Source of the DNA: an uncultured Bacillales bacterium
Lineage (GTDB): Bacteria > Bacillota > Bacilli > Tepidibacillales > Tepidibacillaceae
Length of the DNA stretch: 64,000 nucleotides
Direction: 5' to 3'
NCBI GenBank assembly: GCA_964637775.1
Contig: CAZWWX010000005.1
Location: forward strand, 18,277-82,276
Under the pieces are notes generated by a model. That model ran no database searches and was not told the origin of the DNA. It saw nothing but the letters and a program-made list of their open reading frames with translations. Position 1 is the stretch's first letter. Every line of letters starts with the position of its first letter. This document shows positions 25,419 through 37,313 of this stretch, piece after piece. Position numbers and translations under genes: made by a program.

Positions 25419-26609
25419 ATGAAAAACCCATGGTATAGTCTTGAATATGAAACCATTCCCTGGACAAGCAACGTTGACATGTCCTATTTATCACGACAAT
25501 CGAAAAGAAAAATATTAGATACCTATGAATCGTCCATACCGGATACAATAGCTGATAAATCTCTAACACTGCCATCGCAACTGGAGGCTCGAGTATCCGA
25601 TCTCTTAATTAATATGTCACGTTTCGATATGGCTCAATCACAAAAGGGCTACAGCTTCCCCACACTTCTACTGCGGAGCGAGTCTGCGGCCAGTTCTCAG
25701 ATCGAGAATTTAACCTCCGGGATTAGAAATATTTCGCTAGCCGAATTAACTGATAAAGTACCGAAAAATGCACAGTTAATTGCAGGAAATGTTCACGCTA
25801 TGCGGGAGGCCCTTAATATTGAGGAGCCAATCAGCTATTCAACAATTCTTGAAATCCACCGAATGTTAATGATAGATGTTTATGGAGAATTAGCTGGAAC
25901 TATCAGACAACAGACCGTATGGATTGGCGGCACATCTTTATCTCCACACGGAGCAACCTTTGTGCCACCGCACTTTTCAAGAATTGATGATTATCTACAA
26001 GACCTCATTAAGTACGCCGGTAGAATAGATATAAATCCGCTAGTAAAGGCAGCAATACTTCACGCACAGTTTGAAATTATCCACCCGTTTATTGATGGTA
26101 ACGGCAGGACAGGCAGAGTCCTTATCCATAAATCACTTAGAGATGACGGTGTTTTGAAAACAGTAGCCCTACCCATATCGGCCGGATTACTCAACAATAC
26201 CAGCGACTATATGAAAGCCCTTATGGAATTCCAGAAGGGTGATCCAATCCCCATCATAGAGCAATTAATTGGAGCGATTGAAACGTCCCTACTCATCGGC
26301 GACATTGTGTCAGATGAAATCTCAGTAATCCAGTATAAGTGGTTAAGCAGAATTAATGAGCGAAAGAGTTCATCTATCTACAGACTAGTTAATATTTTAT
26401 TAGAACAACCAGTAATCAACTCTAACTATTTATCACACAAACTTGATATTACGCCTAGGGCTGCCAATCAACTCATTGAAAGAGCTATTGGCTATGGAAT
26501 ACTCAGTCGATTTGGTTCAGAAAAACGCGGTATTTTCTATCAGTCAAACGATATCATTGAGATTATGAACCGGGTTTCAAGCAATGAGATAATAAAAAGA
26601 AATTTATAA
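25419..26609 (+). CDS. Fic-family protein (AMPylase-type) with N-terminal inhibitory helix and C-terminal wHTH-like region
   Basis: Canonical HPFIDGNGRTGRVLIH. N-terminal SSQIEN fits the (S/T)xxxE(G/N) auto-inhibition motif. Confidence 0.88.
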   Translation: MKNPWYSLEYETIPWTSNVDMSYLSRQSKRKILDTYESSIPDTIADKSLTLPSQLEARVSDLLINMSRFDMAQSQKGYSFPTLLLRSESAASSQIENLTSGIRNISLAELTDKVPKNAQLIAGNVHAMREALNIEEPISYSTILEIHRMLMIDVYGELAGTIRQQTVWIGGTSLSPHGATFVPPHFSRIDDYLQDLIKYAGRIDINPLVKAAILHAQFEIIHPFIDGNGRTGRVLIHKSLRDDGVLKTVALPISAGLLNNTSDYMKALMEFQKGDPIPIIEQLIGAIETSLLIGDIVSDEISVIQYKWLSRINERKSSSIYRLVNILLEQPVINSNYLSHKLDITPRAANQLIERAIGYGILSRFGSEKRGIFYQSNDIIEIMNRVSSNEIIKRNL

Positions 26610-26615
26610 GATAAC

Positions 26616-26644
26616 AAAAACCACTGTATGAACAGTGGTTTTTG
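26616..26644. terminator. bidirectional terminator (Fic gene / rpsI)
   Basis: AAAAACCACTG-tatgaa-CAGTGGTTTTT. Confidence 0.7.
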
Positions 26645-26663
26645 TATATATCGTAAAAATATA

Positions 26664-27056
26664 TTAACGTTTTGAGAATTGTGGTGCACGACGAGCGCCT
26701 TTAAGTCCGTATTTCTTACGCTCTTTCATTCTTGCGTCACGTGTTAAAAATCCAGCAGATTTTAGAGTTCCACGATAGTCGCCTTCAGTTTTTAGTAGCG
26801 CACGAGAGATCCCGTGTCTGATCGCGCCCGCTTGTCCGGTTGAGCCTCCACCCTTTGCACTAACCAGTACATCATAGGTTCCTAGAGTACCTGTCGCTAC
26901 AAGAGGTTGTTTAACAATCAACTTAAGAGTTTCCATATCGAAATATTCGTCGATGTCACGTTTATTAATAATGATTTTTCCATCGCCCGGTACTAAACGA
27001 ACACGCGCTACTGAGCTTTTACGTCTGCCGGTGCCATAAAATTGTATCTGTGCCAA
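26664..27056 (-). CDS. rpsI: 30S ribosomal protein S9
   Basis: [44 protein letters not shown]. Confidence 0.97.
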   Translation of the reverse strand: MAQIQFYGTGRRKSSVARVRLVPGDGKIIINKRDIDEYFDMETLKLIVKQPLVATGTLGTYDVLVSAKGGGSTGQAGAIRHGISRALLKTEGDYRGTLKSAGFLTRDARMKERKKYGLKGARRAPQFSKR

Positions 27057-27075
27057 AACTTTTTACCTCCTTCGC

Positions 27076-27513
27076 TTAACCTCTAATTTCCCATACTTCT
27101 GGTTGTTGTGCTTGATGTGGATGTTCAGCTGTTGGATAAACTTTAAGTTTTAATCCTTGCTTACGTCCAAGTCTGCCCTTCGGCAGCATTCCTCTAACCG
27201 CTGATTCAATTACGCGCTCTGGGCGCTTTTTCAAAAGCTCACCGGCTGAAATTGATTTCAGACCACCTGGGTAGCCAGAGTGACGGTAGTATTTTTTATC
27301 TGCTAATTTGTTACCTGTTAGAACGATTTTCTCTGCATTTATTATAATAACGAAATCGCCTGTGTCAATGTGTGGCGTAAATTGTGGCTTGTGTTTACCG
27401 CGAATCAGTGTCGCAGCTTCGGTTGCCAAACGGCCCAAAGTCTTACCATCCGCATCGATTACATACCATTTACGCTCAACCTCGTTGGGCTTCGCCATAT
27501 ATGTCGTACGCAT
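27076..27513 (-). CDS. rplM: 50S ribosomal protein L13
   Basis: [47 protein letters not shown]. Confidence 0.97.
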   Translation of the reverse strand: MRTTYMAKPNEVERKWYVIDADGKTLGRLATEAATLIRGKHKPQFTPHIDTGDFVIIINAEKIVLTGNKLADKKYYRHSGYPGGLKSISAGELLKKRPERVIESAVRGMLPKGRLGRKQGLKLKVYPTAEHPHQAQQPEVWEIRG

Positions 27514-27679
27514 TCCTTTTCCTCCTAGCTAACTCGTAAATTTAATAAATTCATTCCATCTCATATGTATATCAACTACGGGGCTGTGTTGAAATACCAA
27601 AAATCATTTTACTACATACGCCGCTCGTAGTCAACATTTATCTGATGTTTTTACGTTTATGACTAAACTATTTTCGCAT

Positions 27680-28426
27680 CTAATACTCGACGTCCCAAAG
27701 GAAAAGTCCACTCGCCGGCGCTGTTGGTCCAGCCTCCCGCCGGTCTTGTTTCTCGATAATTATCCCTATCTCCTCCGGCAAAAAAGTTCCATCTCCAACT
27801 CGGACTAGCGTACCGATCATGATGCGGACCATGTTATGGAGAAAGCCGCTCCCCCTAATCTCAAAGATTACCCGGTCCCCCTCTCGCCAGATCTCCGAGT
27901 GAGTGATGGTGCGGACTCGGTCATCCTTCCCATACAGAGTCGAGAAGCTTGTAAAGTCATGTGTCCCCTTGAAGTATTGTGCAGCTTGCTGCATCGCCAC
28001 CACATCAATCGCGAACGGCACATGCCAGCTATATTGCCTCATGAAGACATCGCTAATCCGCGCATTATAGATGTAATAGCGGTAGGTCTTCATCACGGCA
28101 TCATAGCGCGAATGAAACTCTTTCCCAACTTCGCTTGCTGCGGTAACGCGGATATCCGCAGGCAGCAGGCGGTTAAAGACCGTTGGCAGCTTTTCAATTG
28201 GAATAGCCTCATCCAGCTTAAAGTGCACCACTTGCTTGCGTGCGTGGACACCTGCATCAGTCCGACCGGAAGCTGCCAAGCGCACATTCCCGCCCGTCAG
28301 TTCGAATAAGACTTTCGCCAATTCGGCCTGCACTGTCGGGCGATCCGGTTGCGTCTGGAATCCATGATAATTAGTTCCATCATAGCTAATTTCAAGTTTA
28401 ACGTTACGTTTAATATTTCGGCTCAT
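27680..28426 (-). CDS. truA: tRNA pseudouridine(38-40) synthase
   Basis: ISYDGTNYHGFQTQP..ASGRTDAGVHARKQVVHF..GSGFLHNMVRIMIGTL. Markedly GC-rich relative to flanks. Confidence 0.95.
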   Translation of the reverse strand: MSRNIKRNVKLEISYDGTNYHGFQTQPDRPTVQAELAKVLFELTGGNVRLAASGRTDAGVHARKQVVHFKLDEAIPIEKLPTVFNRLLPADIRVTAASEVGKEFHSRYDAVMKTYRYYIYNARISDVFMRQYSWHVPFAIDVVAMQQAAQYFKGTHDFTSFSTLYGKDDRVRTITHSEIWREGDRVIFEIRGSGFLHNMVRIMIGTLVRVGDGTFLPEEIGIIIEKQDRREAGPTAPASGLFLWDVEY

Positions 28427-28476
28427 CTAGAACCCCTCTCATCCGTCTATCTAATCACCAATAGATCCATCACACA

Positions 28477-29286
28477 CTACACTAACACTGCTATCCCAAC
28501 CAACACTCCGATCACTACAACCACCAGCACCCACTCGCGGCCGCTCATTGCCACATTCACCAAGCTCGTCCGCGCTGACCGCGGCTCATAGCCGCGAAGC
28601 TCCATCGCTAACGCAATGTTGTCAGCGCGCTTCATCGTATTAGCCAGTACCGGCACCAGAAGCGCCAAGAGATCCCGCGCCCGCCCCCAAAGGGTCGGTC
28701 GTCCCTGCCCGCGCCCGCGGGCCATCTGGGCCATATTCAGCCGTTCGCCCTCCTCAAGCACGATCGGTATAAAACGCAATGCAAGAGCTAACATAATTCC
28801 AATCTCTGCCGTCGGCACTTTCAGATAACTGAGTGGCTTTAGCAAGCGTTCAACTGCCTGTGCAGCGCTCAGGACCGGCGTAGACAGCGTAAACAGGCTT
28901 GCTGCTATAATTATCATAGTTAACCGGCAGGCGACGTACATAGCCTGGATTAGACCCTCTAGTTCGATTGTCACGAAGCCGACTGCAAGCAGGACTCCGC
29001 CCCCCTTTGTGAAAAACAAGTGAAAGAGCGCGAAAATCGCTATCACCCAGAGGACAGGCCGCATTCCCCGCACCAAAAACCCTGCCGGTATTCGCGACGC
29101 GATCACACCCACAACCAACAAAACCGCCATTAACCCAAATCCCGCGAACGACTTCACAAGTACCAGTGTCACGAGAAAAGCTATCAGAATTAATAACTTA
29201 GCCAGAGCTCCAAGCCTATGGAGCGGCGAATCCAGTGCCAGGTAACGTCCAATCAAAAATTGACTCGCCCTAGACATAGCCATCAC
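28477..29286 (-). CDS. ecfT: energy-coupling factor transporter transmembrane component
   Basis: Polytopic protein with [14 protein letters not shown] coupling-helix region (Ala-Arg-Gly motif). Conserved position after ecfA. Start may be an internal Met (29277). Confidence 0.9.
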   Translation of the reverse strand: MMAMSRASQFLIGRYLALDSPLHRLGALAKLLILIAFLVTLVLVKSFAGFGLMAVLLVVGVIASRIPAGFLVRGMRPVLWVIAIFALFHLFFTKGGGVLLAVGFVTIELEGLIQAMYVACRLTMIIIAASLFTLSTPVLSAAQAVERLLKPLSYLKVPTAEIGIMLALALRFIPIVLEEGERLNMAQMARGRGQGRPTLWGRARDLLALLVPVLANTMKRADNIALAMELRGYEPRSARTSLVNVAMSGREWVLVVVVIGVLVGIAVLV

Positions 29287-30994
29287 CTATGTACTGCTCG
29301 CCTGTATTCTGCGCCAACTCATCTTTATCATACATACCCATATATTTCGCTAACTCTCCGCCAGCATTCATCAACGCGCCCGGCTCACCACTCGCAACAA
29401 TTCGCCCAGCCTCCATCACAACTAACCGGTCAACCAGACTCAATAACCTCTCAACCTCGTGGCTCGCGATAAGAATCGTCCGTCCCTCAGCTTGCAAATG
29501 TCGAATAATCTGCACCAACTCGCGGCAACCGACATCGTCAAGTCCGGCAAAGGGCTCATCGAACAGGACCAGGTCCGGCTCATAGATCAGAATCCCTGCA
29601 AGCGCGACTTTTCTCTGCTCACCACCGCTTAGCACAAAAGGTGACAGCTTACCATAGCGTTCGAGCGGTAAACCAAAATTACCCAGCAATCCAGCAAGCC
29701 TTTCCCTTGCTATCGCATCCGGAACGCCAAAGTTTCGTGCACCGTATAAGACATCATCTTCGACCGTGGCTGCAAACAGCTGCTGCTCCGGATATTGAAA
29801 GGCAAAGCCCACCGGCCCCTCTGTTCCTGCGCCCCCCGCCGGCGTTTCCGGCTCGAGCAAGCCCGCCACCAACTTGAGCAAAGTCGATTTACCGGCGCCC
29901 GTGTTCCCAACAATCCCTACTGTCGAGCCCGCCGGAACCGTAAGCGACACGTCGCTTAGGGCCCTCCAGGCCCCCGGCCCCCCATCATTATATGTATAAC
30001 TTACATTGTGTAAAACGACTCCAGCAGTCCCCGCCTGACTATCTCGGCTTTCACCACCATCCACGGCACCGCCTTCAACGACTACCTCAACTCCATCACT
30101 ACTTCCAACAACACTCATCAACCCCTGTATATCCGCGTATCCCGCAGTCACGGGCTCGCCGTCCTCAAATCCTGCTGCGCAGCCACTATAAACTATTCGC
30201 CCAGCCTCCATGACAGCCAGTCGGTCCCCAACCCGCGACTCACTCAAACGATTCGTGATCAATACAACTGCTATATTTCCCTCCACAGCTAATTCCTTAA
30301 GAAAGGCGATTATTTCCTTACGGGTTATCGGATCTAACATCGAAGTCGCCTCATCAAGGATAAGAACTTCCGGCTCCAGCGCCAGAATGCCGGCTATTGC
30401 CAGCTTTTGCTTCTCACCACCCGAGAGAAAGCTTGGATCAAAATCTGCCTTATCCACTAAGCCAACTTTCTTGAGTGCAGCCAGAGCACGCTCCCTAATA
30501 ATATCAGGTACCAGCGCCTGATTCTCGAGCCCGAAGGCAACATCAAGCAAGACAGTGCTCCCAATAATCTGATTATCAGGATTCTGCATTACTAAACCAA
30601 CACGCGGAAAACTTTCCTTACCTCTCTCCTTACACCTTTCCTTACAATCCACACCATCACACCCAAAACTTACCTCATCACCTACACCACAATCACAACT
30701 CTCCCTATCACCCTCAGCACAACCCTCACTCCACTCAAACTCACCACCCGAAGATGCCAAGGCTCCAGCCAATACCAAGGCTAGTGTCGACTTGCCGGAC
30801 CCATTGCGACCAGTTAAGACCAGCAACTCACCCGTTCTAATCTCTAAATCTACGCCTCTAAGAGCCGGTCCTCTGCCAGACCCAAACTCCGGATTTTCCG
30901 CTACATTACGATTCGTCCCAACCCCCGAATCTTCCGCCGCACCACGACTCATCTCATATTCATATGTCATACCGCTTATTCTTAGCACCTTCAC
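29270..30994 (-). CDS. ecfA: fused tandem ECF-transporter ATPase (EcfA1-EcfA2 in one 574-aa polypeptide) with low-complexity and Cys-rich inserts
   Basis: Two full ABC cassettes: GRNGSGKST / LSGGEKQK / ILDEATS and GNTGAGKST / LSGGEQRK / [10 protein letters not shown]. Insert [44 protein letters not shown] lies between Walker A and the Q-loop of cassette 1. Confidence 0.88.
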   Translation of the reverse strand: MKVLRISGMTYEYEMSRGAAEDSGVGTNRNVAENPEFGSGRGPALRGVDLEIRTGELLVLTGRNGSGKSTLALVLAGALASSGGEFEWSEGCAEGDRESCDCGVGDEVSFGCDGVDCKERCKERGKESFPRVGLVMQNPDNQIIGSTVLLDVAFGLENQALVPDIIRERALAALKKVGLVDKADFDPSFLSGGEKQKLAIAGILALEPEVLILDEATSMLDPITRKEIIAFLKELAVEGNIAVVLITNRLSESRVGDRLAVMEAGRIVYSGCAAGFEDGEPVTAGYADIQGLMSVVGSSDGVEVVVEGGAVDGGESRDSQAGTAGVVLHNVSYTYNDGGPGAWRALSDVSLTVPAGSTVGIVGNTGAGKSTLLKLVAGLLEPETPAGGAGTEGPVGFAFQYPEQQLFAATVEDDVLYGARNFGVPDAIARERLAGLLGNFGLPLERYGKLSPFVLSGGEQRKVALAGILIYEPDLVLFDEPFAGLDDVGCRELVQIIRHLQAEGRTILIASHEVERLLSLVDRLVVMEAGRIVASGEPGALMNAGGELAKYMGMYDKDELAQNTGEQYIGDGYV

Positions 30995-31085
30995 CTAATT
31001 CACCCTACCTATGTAAACCAAAAAGGGCGCAGACCGAGATTCACCTATTACCCTCGCCATCGCCCTTTTCATTTTAAACTAATCT

Positions 31086-31451
31086 CTACTCGACTAACTC
31101 AAGGAACACCATCTCCGCAGCATCGCCACGACGAGGTCCTAACTTAAGTATGCGTGTATATCCACCTTGACGTTCTTCGAAACGTGGAGCAATATCGGAA
31201 AAAAGCTTCTGAATTGCATCTTGTCCCGTTTCTTGATTCGCAACTTCTCTTCTTACAAAAGCCGCAACCTGGCGTCTCGCATGTAAATCACCGCGCTTAG
31301 CAAGCGTTATCATTTTTTCAGCGATTGAACGCACCTCTTTGGCCTTGGATTCTGTTGTCTCAATCCGCTCGTAAATAAACAGATCAGTTACCAGATCACG
31401 ATATAAGGCCTTGCGGTTAGAAGAGACACGATTTAGCTTTCTATATGCCAT
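31086..31451 (-). CDS. rplQ: 50S ribosomal protein L17
   Basis: [35 protein letters not shown]. Confidence 0.97.
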   Translation of the reverse strand: MAYRKLNRVSSNRKALYRDLVTDLFIYERIETTESKAKEVRSIAEKMITLAKRGDLHARRQVAAFVRREVANQETGQDAIQKLFSDIAPRFEERQGGYTRILKLGPRRGDAAEMVFLELVE

Positions 31452-31477
31452 TGCCTTCGTCCTCCTTCAAAGTACTC

Positions 31478-32422
31478 CTAATCTTCTTTGTTCAGCGCCA
31501 AGCCTAATTCTTGTAGCTTGAACTGAACTTCCTCTAATGATTTACGGCCCAGATTACGGACTTTCATCATGTCCTCTTCTGTGCGCGTAATCAATTCCTG
31601 AACCGTGTTAATTCCCGCACGCTTCAAGCAGTTATAAGAACGAACCGACAGGTCCAATTCCTCGATCGTCATTTCAAGGACCTTTTCTTTCTGGTCTTCT
31701 TCTTTTTCGATCATAATTTCTGCTTCTTGCGCCTCTTCAGTTAAACCTACAAAAAGGTTTAGATGCTCGGTCAAAATTTTCGCACCGAAAGAAACTGCTT
31801 CTTCCGGATGAATACTACCATTCGTCCATACTTCCAATGTTAGTTTGTCAAAGTCAGTTACCTGACCGACACGTGTATCTTCAACAGTGAAATTAACTCT
31901 GGTTACCGGTGTATATAACGAGTCGATTGGTATTAGCCCAATAATCTGCTCGTCTTTTTTATTACCCTCAGCCTTAACATAGCCACGTCCGCGATTAACA
32001 CGAATCAGCATGTGCAATCTTGCACCTTCTTCAACAGTAGCTATTACTTGGTCTGGATTTAATATTTCAACATCGCTGTCAGCTCTAATGTCACCGGCAG
32101 TGATTTCTCCGCCGCCAACAACATCAATTTCTAACACTTTTTCTTGATCAGAATGAATTTTTAGTGACAGCTTTTTAAGATTAAGAATAATCTCAGCTGT
32201 ATCCTCAAGTACACCCGGGATCGTTGAAAACTCATGTAACACACCATCAATTTGAACAGAGGTTACTGCTGCACCCGGCAATGATGATAGTAGAATTCTT
32301 CTTAACGAGTTGCCAAGCGTAGTTCCATATCCTCTTTCAAGCGGTTCAACTACGATCTTACCGTAGCTTGAATCTTTAGCAATTTCCACTAGTTCAATTT
32401 TCGGTTTTTCAATCTCTATCAT
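31478..32422 (-). CDS. rpoA: DNA-directed RNA polymerase subunit alpha
   Basis: [42 protein letters not shown]. Confidence 0.97.
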   Translation of the reverse strand: MIEIEKPKIELVEIAKDSSYGKIVVEPLERGYGTTLGNSLRRILLSSLPGAAVTSVQIDGVLHEFSTIPGVLEDTAEIILNLKKLSLKIHSDQEKVLEIDVVGGGEITAGDIRADSDVEILNPDQVIATVEEGARLHMLIRVNRGRGYVKAEGNKKDEQIIGLIPIDSLYTPVTRVNFTVEDTRVGQVTDFDKLTLEVWTNGSIHPEEAVSFGAKILTEHLNLFVGLTEEAQEAEIMIEKEEDQKEKVLEMTIEELDLSVRSYNCLKRAGINTVQELITRTEEDMMKVRNLGRKSLEEVQFKLQELGLALNKED

Positions 32423-32434
32423 TAAAAACCCTCC

Positions 32435-32824
32435 TTAAACGCGACGTCTTTTTGGTGGACGGCATCCGTTGTGCGGAATCGGTGTAACGTCTTTGATCAT
32501 TCGTACCTCAAGACCTGCAGCCTGCAAGGAGCGAATAGCTGCCTCTCTGCCGGCTCCCGGGCCCTTAACTACCACGTCAACACCCTTCATTCCATGTTCC
32601 ATAGCAGTCTTTGCAGCTGCCTCAGCAGACATCTGTGCCGCAAATGGCGTGCTTTTTCTAGAACCTTTAAAACCTAATGCGCCCGCGCTACTCCAAGATA
32701 TCACGTTGCCATGCGGGTCTGTGATTGTCACGATTGTATTATTAAAAGTGGACTTAATATGTGCAACTCCACTCTCAATGTTTTTTCTTTCACTTTTTTT
32801 AATTCTTGTAGTTCTTTTAGCCAT
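32435..32824 (-). CDS. rpsK: 30S ribosomal protein S11
   Basis: [48 protein letters not shown]. Confidence 0.97.
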   Translation of the reverse strand: MAKRTTRIKKSERKNIESGVAHIKSTFNNTIVTITDPHGNVISWSSAGALGFKGSRKSTPFAAQMSAEAAAKTAMEHGMKGVDVVVKGPGAGREAAIRSLQAAGLEVRMIKDVTPIPHNGCRPPKRRRV

Positions 32825-32838
32825 TTCGTCATCCCTCC

Positions 32839-33207
32839 TTACTTCTTCTTATTAGCTACAGTTCGTCTTGGACCTTTTCTGGTTCTTGCATTGGTTTTAG
32901 TTTTTTGTCCGCGAACCGGTAGACCACGACGATGACGAATGCCTCTATAAGAACCTATTTCAGTTAGGCGCTTAATATTAAGAGCAACTTCACGTCGCAG
33001 ATCTCCCTCAACCTTAACATTTTTATCGATTACTTCACGTAATCTTGAAACCTCATCCTCGGTAAGATCTCTAACTCTTGTATTAACATCAATATCTGCT
33101 AACTTCAAAATCTTTTGGGAAGTCGATTTCCCAACACCAAAAATATAGGTTAACGCAACCTCTACTCGTTTATCACGAGGTAAGTCTACACCTGCTATAC
33201 GTGCCAT
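32839..33207 (-). CDS. rpsM: 30S ribosomal protein S13
   Basis: [43 protein letters not shown]. Confidence 0.97.
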   Translation of the reverse strand: MARIAGVDLPRDKRVEVALTYIFGVGKSTSQKILKLADIDVNTRVRDLTEDEVSRLREVIDKNVKVEGDLRREVALNIKRLTEIGSYRGIRHRRGLPVRGQKTKTNARTRKGPRRTVANKKK

Positions 33208-33226
33208 TCAATTACACCTCCTTATA

Positions 33227-33583
<357 letters not shown>

Positions 33584-33591
<8 letters not shown>

Positions 33592-33907
33592 GGATTAACT
33601 CCCCTTTCTTTCCCATAGATTCCTCTAAACCGTTCATGTACTCTTGAATTACATATCGCAGTTTAGCGTTGGATATCCGATTTTCCTCCATCACGCTCGT
33701 TATTACCTCTTTAGAAACTATTCCTGTTGATCTTAGATGGATTACATTCTTTTTCTTGGGGTTATCATACTTGCGACGATCACCATCAACGATTAGAACG
33801 TAACGTTCATTAACAATTTCTAAAACGACTGCATATTTACCGGTATCTCGGCCTTTCTTAACTTGTACAATTTCGCCAACTTTATAACCTGAACCTGTTT
33901 CACTCAT
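33584..33907 (-). CDS. KOW-domain RNA-binding protein (YbzG-like)
   Basis: [27 protein letters not shown] motif. Conserved slot between map and infA. 8-nt overlap with infA. Confidence 0.8.
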
Positions 33908-33915
33908 CTAATCAC

Positions 33916-34662
33916 CTACAACTTGGTCATTATTTCATGACCATCTTTTGTAATCACTATTGTGTGTTCGAAATGCGCACACAAAGAATTATCTACGGAA
34001 ACAACTGTCCATCCATCCGCTAAAACTCGCACAAATCTTTCACCTATAATTATCATCGGTTCAATAGCTAAGGCCATACCTATCTTCAGTCGTGGTCCTC
34101 GATCAGGAGGTCCATAATTCGGGATATGGGGATCCTCATGTAGTCTCGCTCCAATTCCGTGGCCAACATATTCACGTACAATCGAGTAATCATATAATGC
34201 AATATGTTGCTCAATCGCGTGCGATATGTTCGATAGCCGCTCATCTGGCATCGCTTCAGCTAAACCCTTGTATAAAGATTCCTCTGTTGCTTGTAATAAT
34301 TTTTTAGCACTTTCTGATATCTCACCAACACCATAGGTCCAGGCGGAATCGCCATGATAGCCCTGATATTCAGCTCCTATATCGATACTAATTATGTCAC
34401 CCTCCTTCAAAACTCGGTCGCTCGGAATCCCGTGGACTAATTCCTCATTAACTGAGGTGCAGATACTTGCGGGAAACCCACCGTATCCTTTGAAAGAAGG
34501 TAAAGCATTTTGTTTCCTAATATACTCCTCGGCAAGCCGGTCTAACTCCTCAGTTGTTATACCGGGCTTAACCTGTTCCGTCAGCATTTGATGCGTCTCA
34601 GCAACAATTCTACCGGCGCTGCGCATTAGCGCAACTTCATGCTCAGTCTTACAGATAATCAT
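33916..34662 (-). CDS. map: type I methionine aminopeptidase
   Basis: [44 protein letters not shown] metal ligands. Confidence 0.96.
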   Translation of the reverse strand: MIICKTEHEVALMRSAGRIVAETHQMLTEQVKPGITTEELDRLAEEYIRKQNALPSFKGYGGFPASICTSVNEELVHGIPSDRVLKEGDIISIDIGAEYQGYHGDSAWTYGVGEISESAKKLLQATEESLYKGLAEAMPDERLSNISHAIEQHIALYDYSIVREYVGHGIGARLHEDPHIPNYGPPDRGPRLKIGMALAIEPMIIIGERFVRVLADGWTVVSVDNSLCAHFEHTIVITKDGHEIMTKL

Positions 34663-34664
34663 TA

Positions 34665-35351
<687 letters not shown>

Positions 35352-36644
35352 CTACTTCTTAATAAAGCCATCATAATGGCGGCTCATAAGTTGAGATTCT
35401 ATTTGTTTCATTGTATCTAGCGCAACCCCAACAACGATTAGTAGTGAGGTACCGCCGATCTGTACTGATTGTGGTAAATTCGTAAATGCGATAAATACTA
35501 CCGGCAGAATCGCCACAGCCGCTAAGAAAATAGCCCCTGTAAGTGTAATCCGATTAAGAATCCTTACAATATATTTGGTAGTTGCTTGACCCGGCCTAAT
35601 GCCCGGAATAAATCCACCGTTTTTACGCATATTCTCTGACATGTTCTCCGGATTGATCTGAACAAACGTATAAAAATACGTAAATCCAATAATCAGTAAC
35701 ATATAGAATACCGCACCGAATGGATCATTATAGGTAAAGTGCTTGATAAACCAGTCTGCAACCGGTTTCCCCGCCCAGAATTGGGCAATCGTAGCCGGGA
35801 ACATGAGTAAAGAAATCGCAAAGATAACCGGAATAACGCCCGCAGAGTTTACCTTAAACGGAATGTAAGTTGATTGTCCACCGTACATTTTACGGCCAAC
35901 AACACGTTTTGCGTAGTTAACCGGAATCCGCCTTGTACCTTGGGTAACAAAGATAACCCCCGCCACAATCGCAATGATTACAGCAGTTATGATAACTAAT
36001 TTTACTACTGCCAAGAAAATTTGCTCTGTACCGGTTGAGAACTCAGTGGCAAAGATTGCCCGTAATTGATCCGGGAATCCGGCAACGATACCGGCAAAGA
36101 TGATAATCGAAATACCGTTACCAACTCCGCTTTCCGTAATCTGCTCACCAAGCCACATTAGAAATGCAGTACCGGCAGTTAGCGTAATTGTAATGATTAA
36201 GTATGTTGTAAAGCTTGGATTGATTACAAGTCCCGGATACATTCTGTTAAAACTGATTGAGAATCCAATACCTTGTACGAAACCAAGAACAACCGTGCCA
36301 TAACGTGTGATTTGCGTCATTTTACGGCGACCTTCTGCTCCTTCACGCGCCCATCTCGCAAAAAGTGGAATTACGTCCATCGCAAGTAAGTTCATAATAA
36401 TCGATGCTGTAATGTATGGCATAATACCCATTGCAAAGATTGAGAAGTGACGCAGTGCTCCTCCTGAAAACGTATTAAGCAGTCCCAGGAAATCTCTCTC
36501 CGATAGATTCGCTAACACACTGCTGTCGATGTTTGGAACCGGTATAAAACTACCAATCCGGAAAACAACTAACATCAGCAATGTAAAAATGATTTTATTT
36601 CTTAAATCTTTAACTTTATAAATATTAGCGATCGTAGAAAACAT
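35352..36644 (-). CDS. secY: preprotein translocase subunit SecY
   Basis: 430 aa, 10 TM segments, ..FSGGALRHFSIFAMGIMPYITASII..GGFIPGIRPG. Confidence 0.97.
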   Translation of the reverse strand: MFSTIANIYKVKDLRNKIIFTLLMLVVFRIGSFIPVPNIDSSVLANLSERDFLGLLNTFSGGALRHFSIFAMGIMPYITASIIMNLLAMDVIPLFARWAREGAEGRRKMTQITRYGTVVLGFVQGIGFSISFNRMYPGLVINPSFTTYLIITITLTAGTAFLMWLGEQITESGVGNGISIIIFAGIVAGFPDQLRAIFATEFSTGTEQIFLAVVKLVIITAVIIAIVAGVIFVTQGTRRIPVNYAKRVVGRKMYGGQSTYIPFKVNSAGVIPVIFAISLLMFPATIAQFWAGKPVADWFIKHFTYNDPFGAVFYMLLIIGFTYFYTFVQINPENMSENMRKNGGFIPGIRPGQATTKYIVRILNRITLTGAIFLAAVAILPVVFIAFTNLPQSVQIGGTSLLIVVGVALDTMKQIESQLMSRHYDGFIKK

Positions 36645-37084
36645 TAGATCACCTCAGTTCTGCCGCCGGCAGCAGCAATTTTACTAACGGCAGTTTGTGA
36701 AAACTTATTTGCCTTAATAGTTAGTGCAACATTAATTTCTTTGTTACCCAACACTTTAACTCCGTCCTTAACCTGTTTAACGTACCCTTTTTCTTTAAGT
36801 AACTCCGGTGTTACAACAGTACCCTCTTCAAAGTTATTTAAAACATCAAGGTTTATGATTGCATACTCTTTGCGAGTAGGATTTGTAAATCCACGTTTAG
36901 GTAAGCGACGTGCCAATGGGTTCTGACCACCCTCGAAGCCAAGTCTAACGCCACCGCCGGAACGTGATTTCTGTCCATCGTGCCCACGACCGGATGTTTT
37001 ACCATGTCCGGATCCTGTGCCACGGCCTACACGTTTCTTATTATGACGTGAACCTTCAGCAGGTTTTAATTCATGCAGCTTCAT
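36644..37084 (-). CDS. rplO: 50S ribosomal protein L15
   Basis: [41 protein letters not shown]. Confidence 0.97.
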   Translation of the reverse strand: MKLHELKPAEGSRHNKKRVGRGTGSGHGKTSGRGHDGQKSRSGGGVRLGFEGGQNPLARRLPKRGFTNPTRKEYAIINLDVLNNFEEGTVVTPELLKEKGYVKQVKDGVKVLGNKEINVALTIKANKFSQTAVSKIAAAGGRTEVI

Positions 37085-37113
37085 AAGTACACCTCCCTAG
37101 TCTTACTCCTAAT

Positions 37114-37302
37114 TTATTCATCTAACTCTTTTACTTCTACTAAATGACTCACTTTTTCTACCATCCCACGAATAGCCGGATTATCGTTATGAATCACTGT
37201 TTGATTTAATTTGCGTAGTCCCAAAGTTTTTACAACAATCTTTTGCGTCTTAGGACGCCCGATTGCACTACGCTTCAATGTTACTTGAATTTTTTTTGCC
37301 AT
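37114..37302 (-). CDS. rpmD: 50S ribosomal protein L30
   Basis: [33 protein letters not shown]. Confidence 0.95.
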   Translation of the reverse strand: MAKKIQVTLKRSAIGRPKTQKIVVKTLGLRKLNQTVIHNDNPAIRGMVEKVSHLVEVKELDE

Positions 37303-37313
37303 GATATTTCCCC

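Noticed and set aside
19728-26609. Calling the island a prophage, ICE or transposon
   Set aside because: No integrase, transposase, relaxase, capsid or terminase genes are present, and I could find no flanking tRNA-derived direct repeats. Only hairpin similarity was seen, so there is no support for a mobile_element feature.
27514-27679. L13 leader RNA upstream of rplM
   Set aside because: The 166-nt gap is in the right place for the Firmicute L13 leader, but I could not recognise its conserved structure by eye. It needs an Rfam covariance scan, so it is not annotated.
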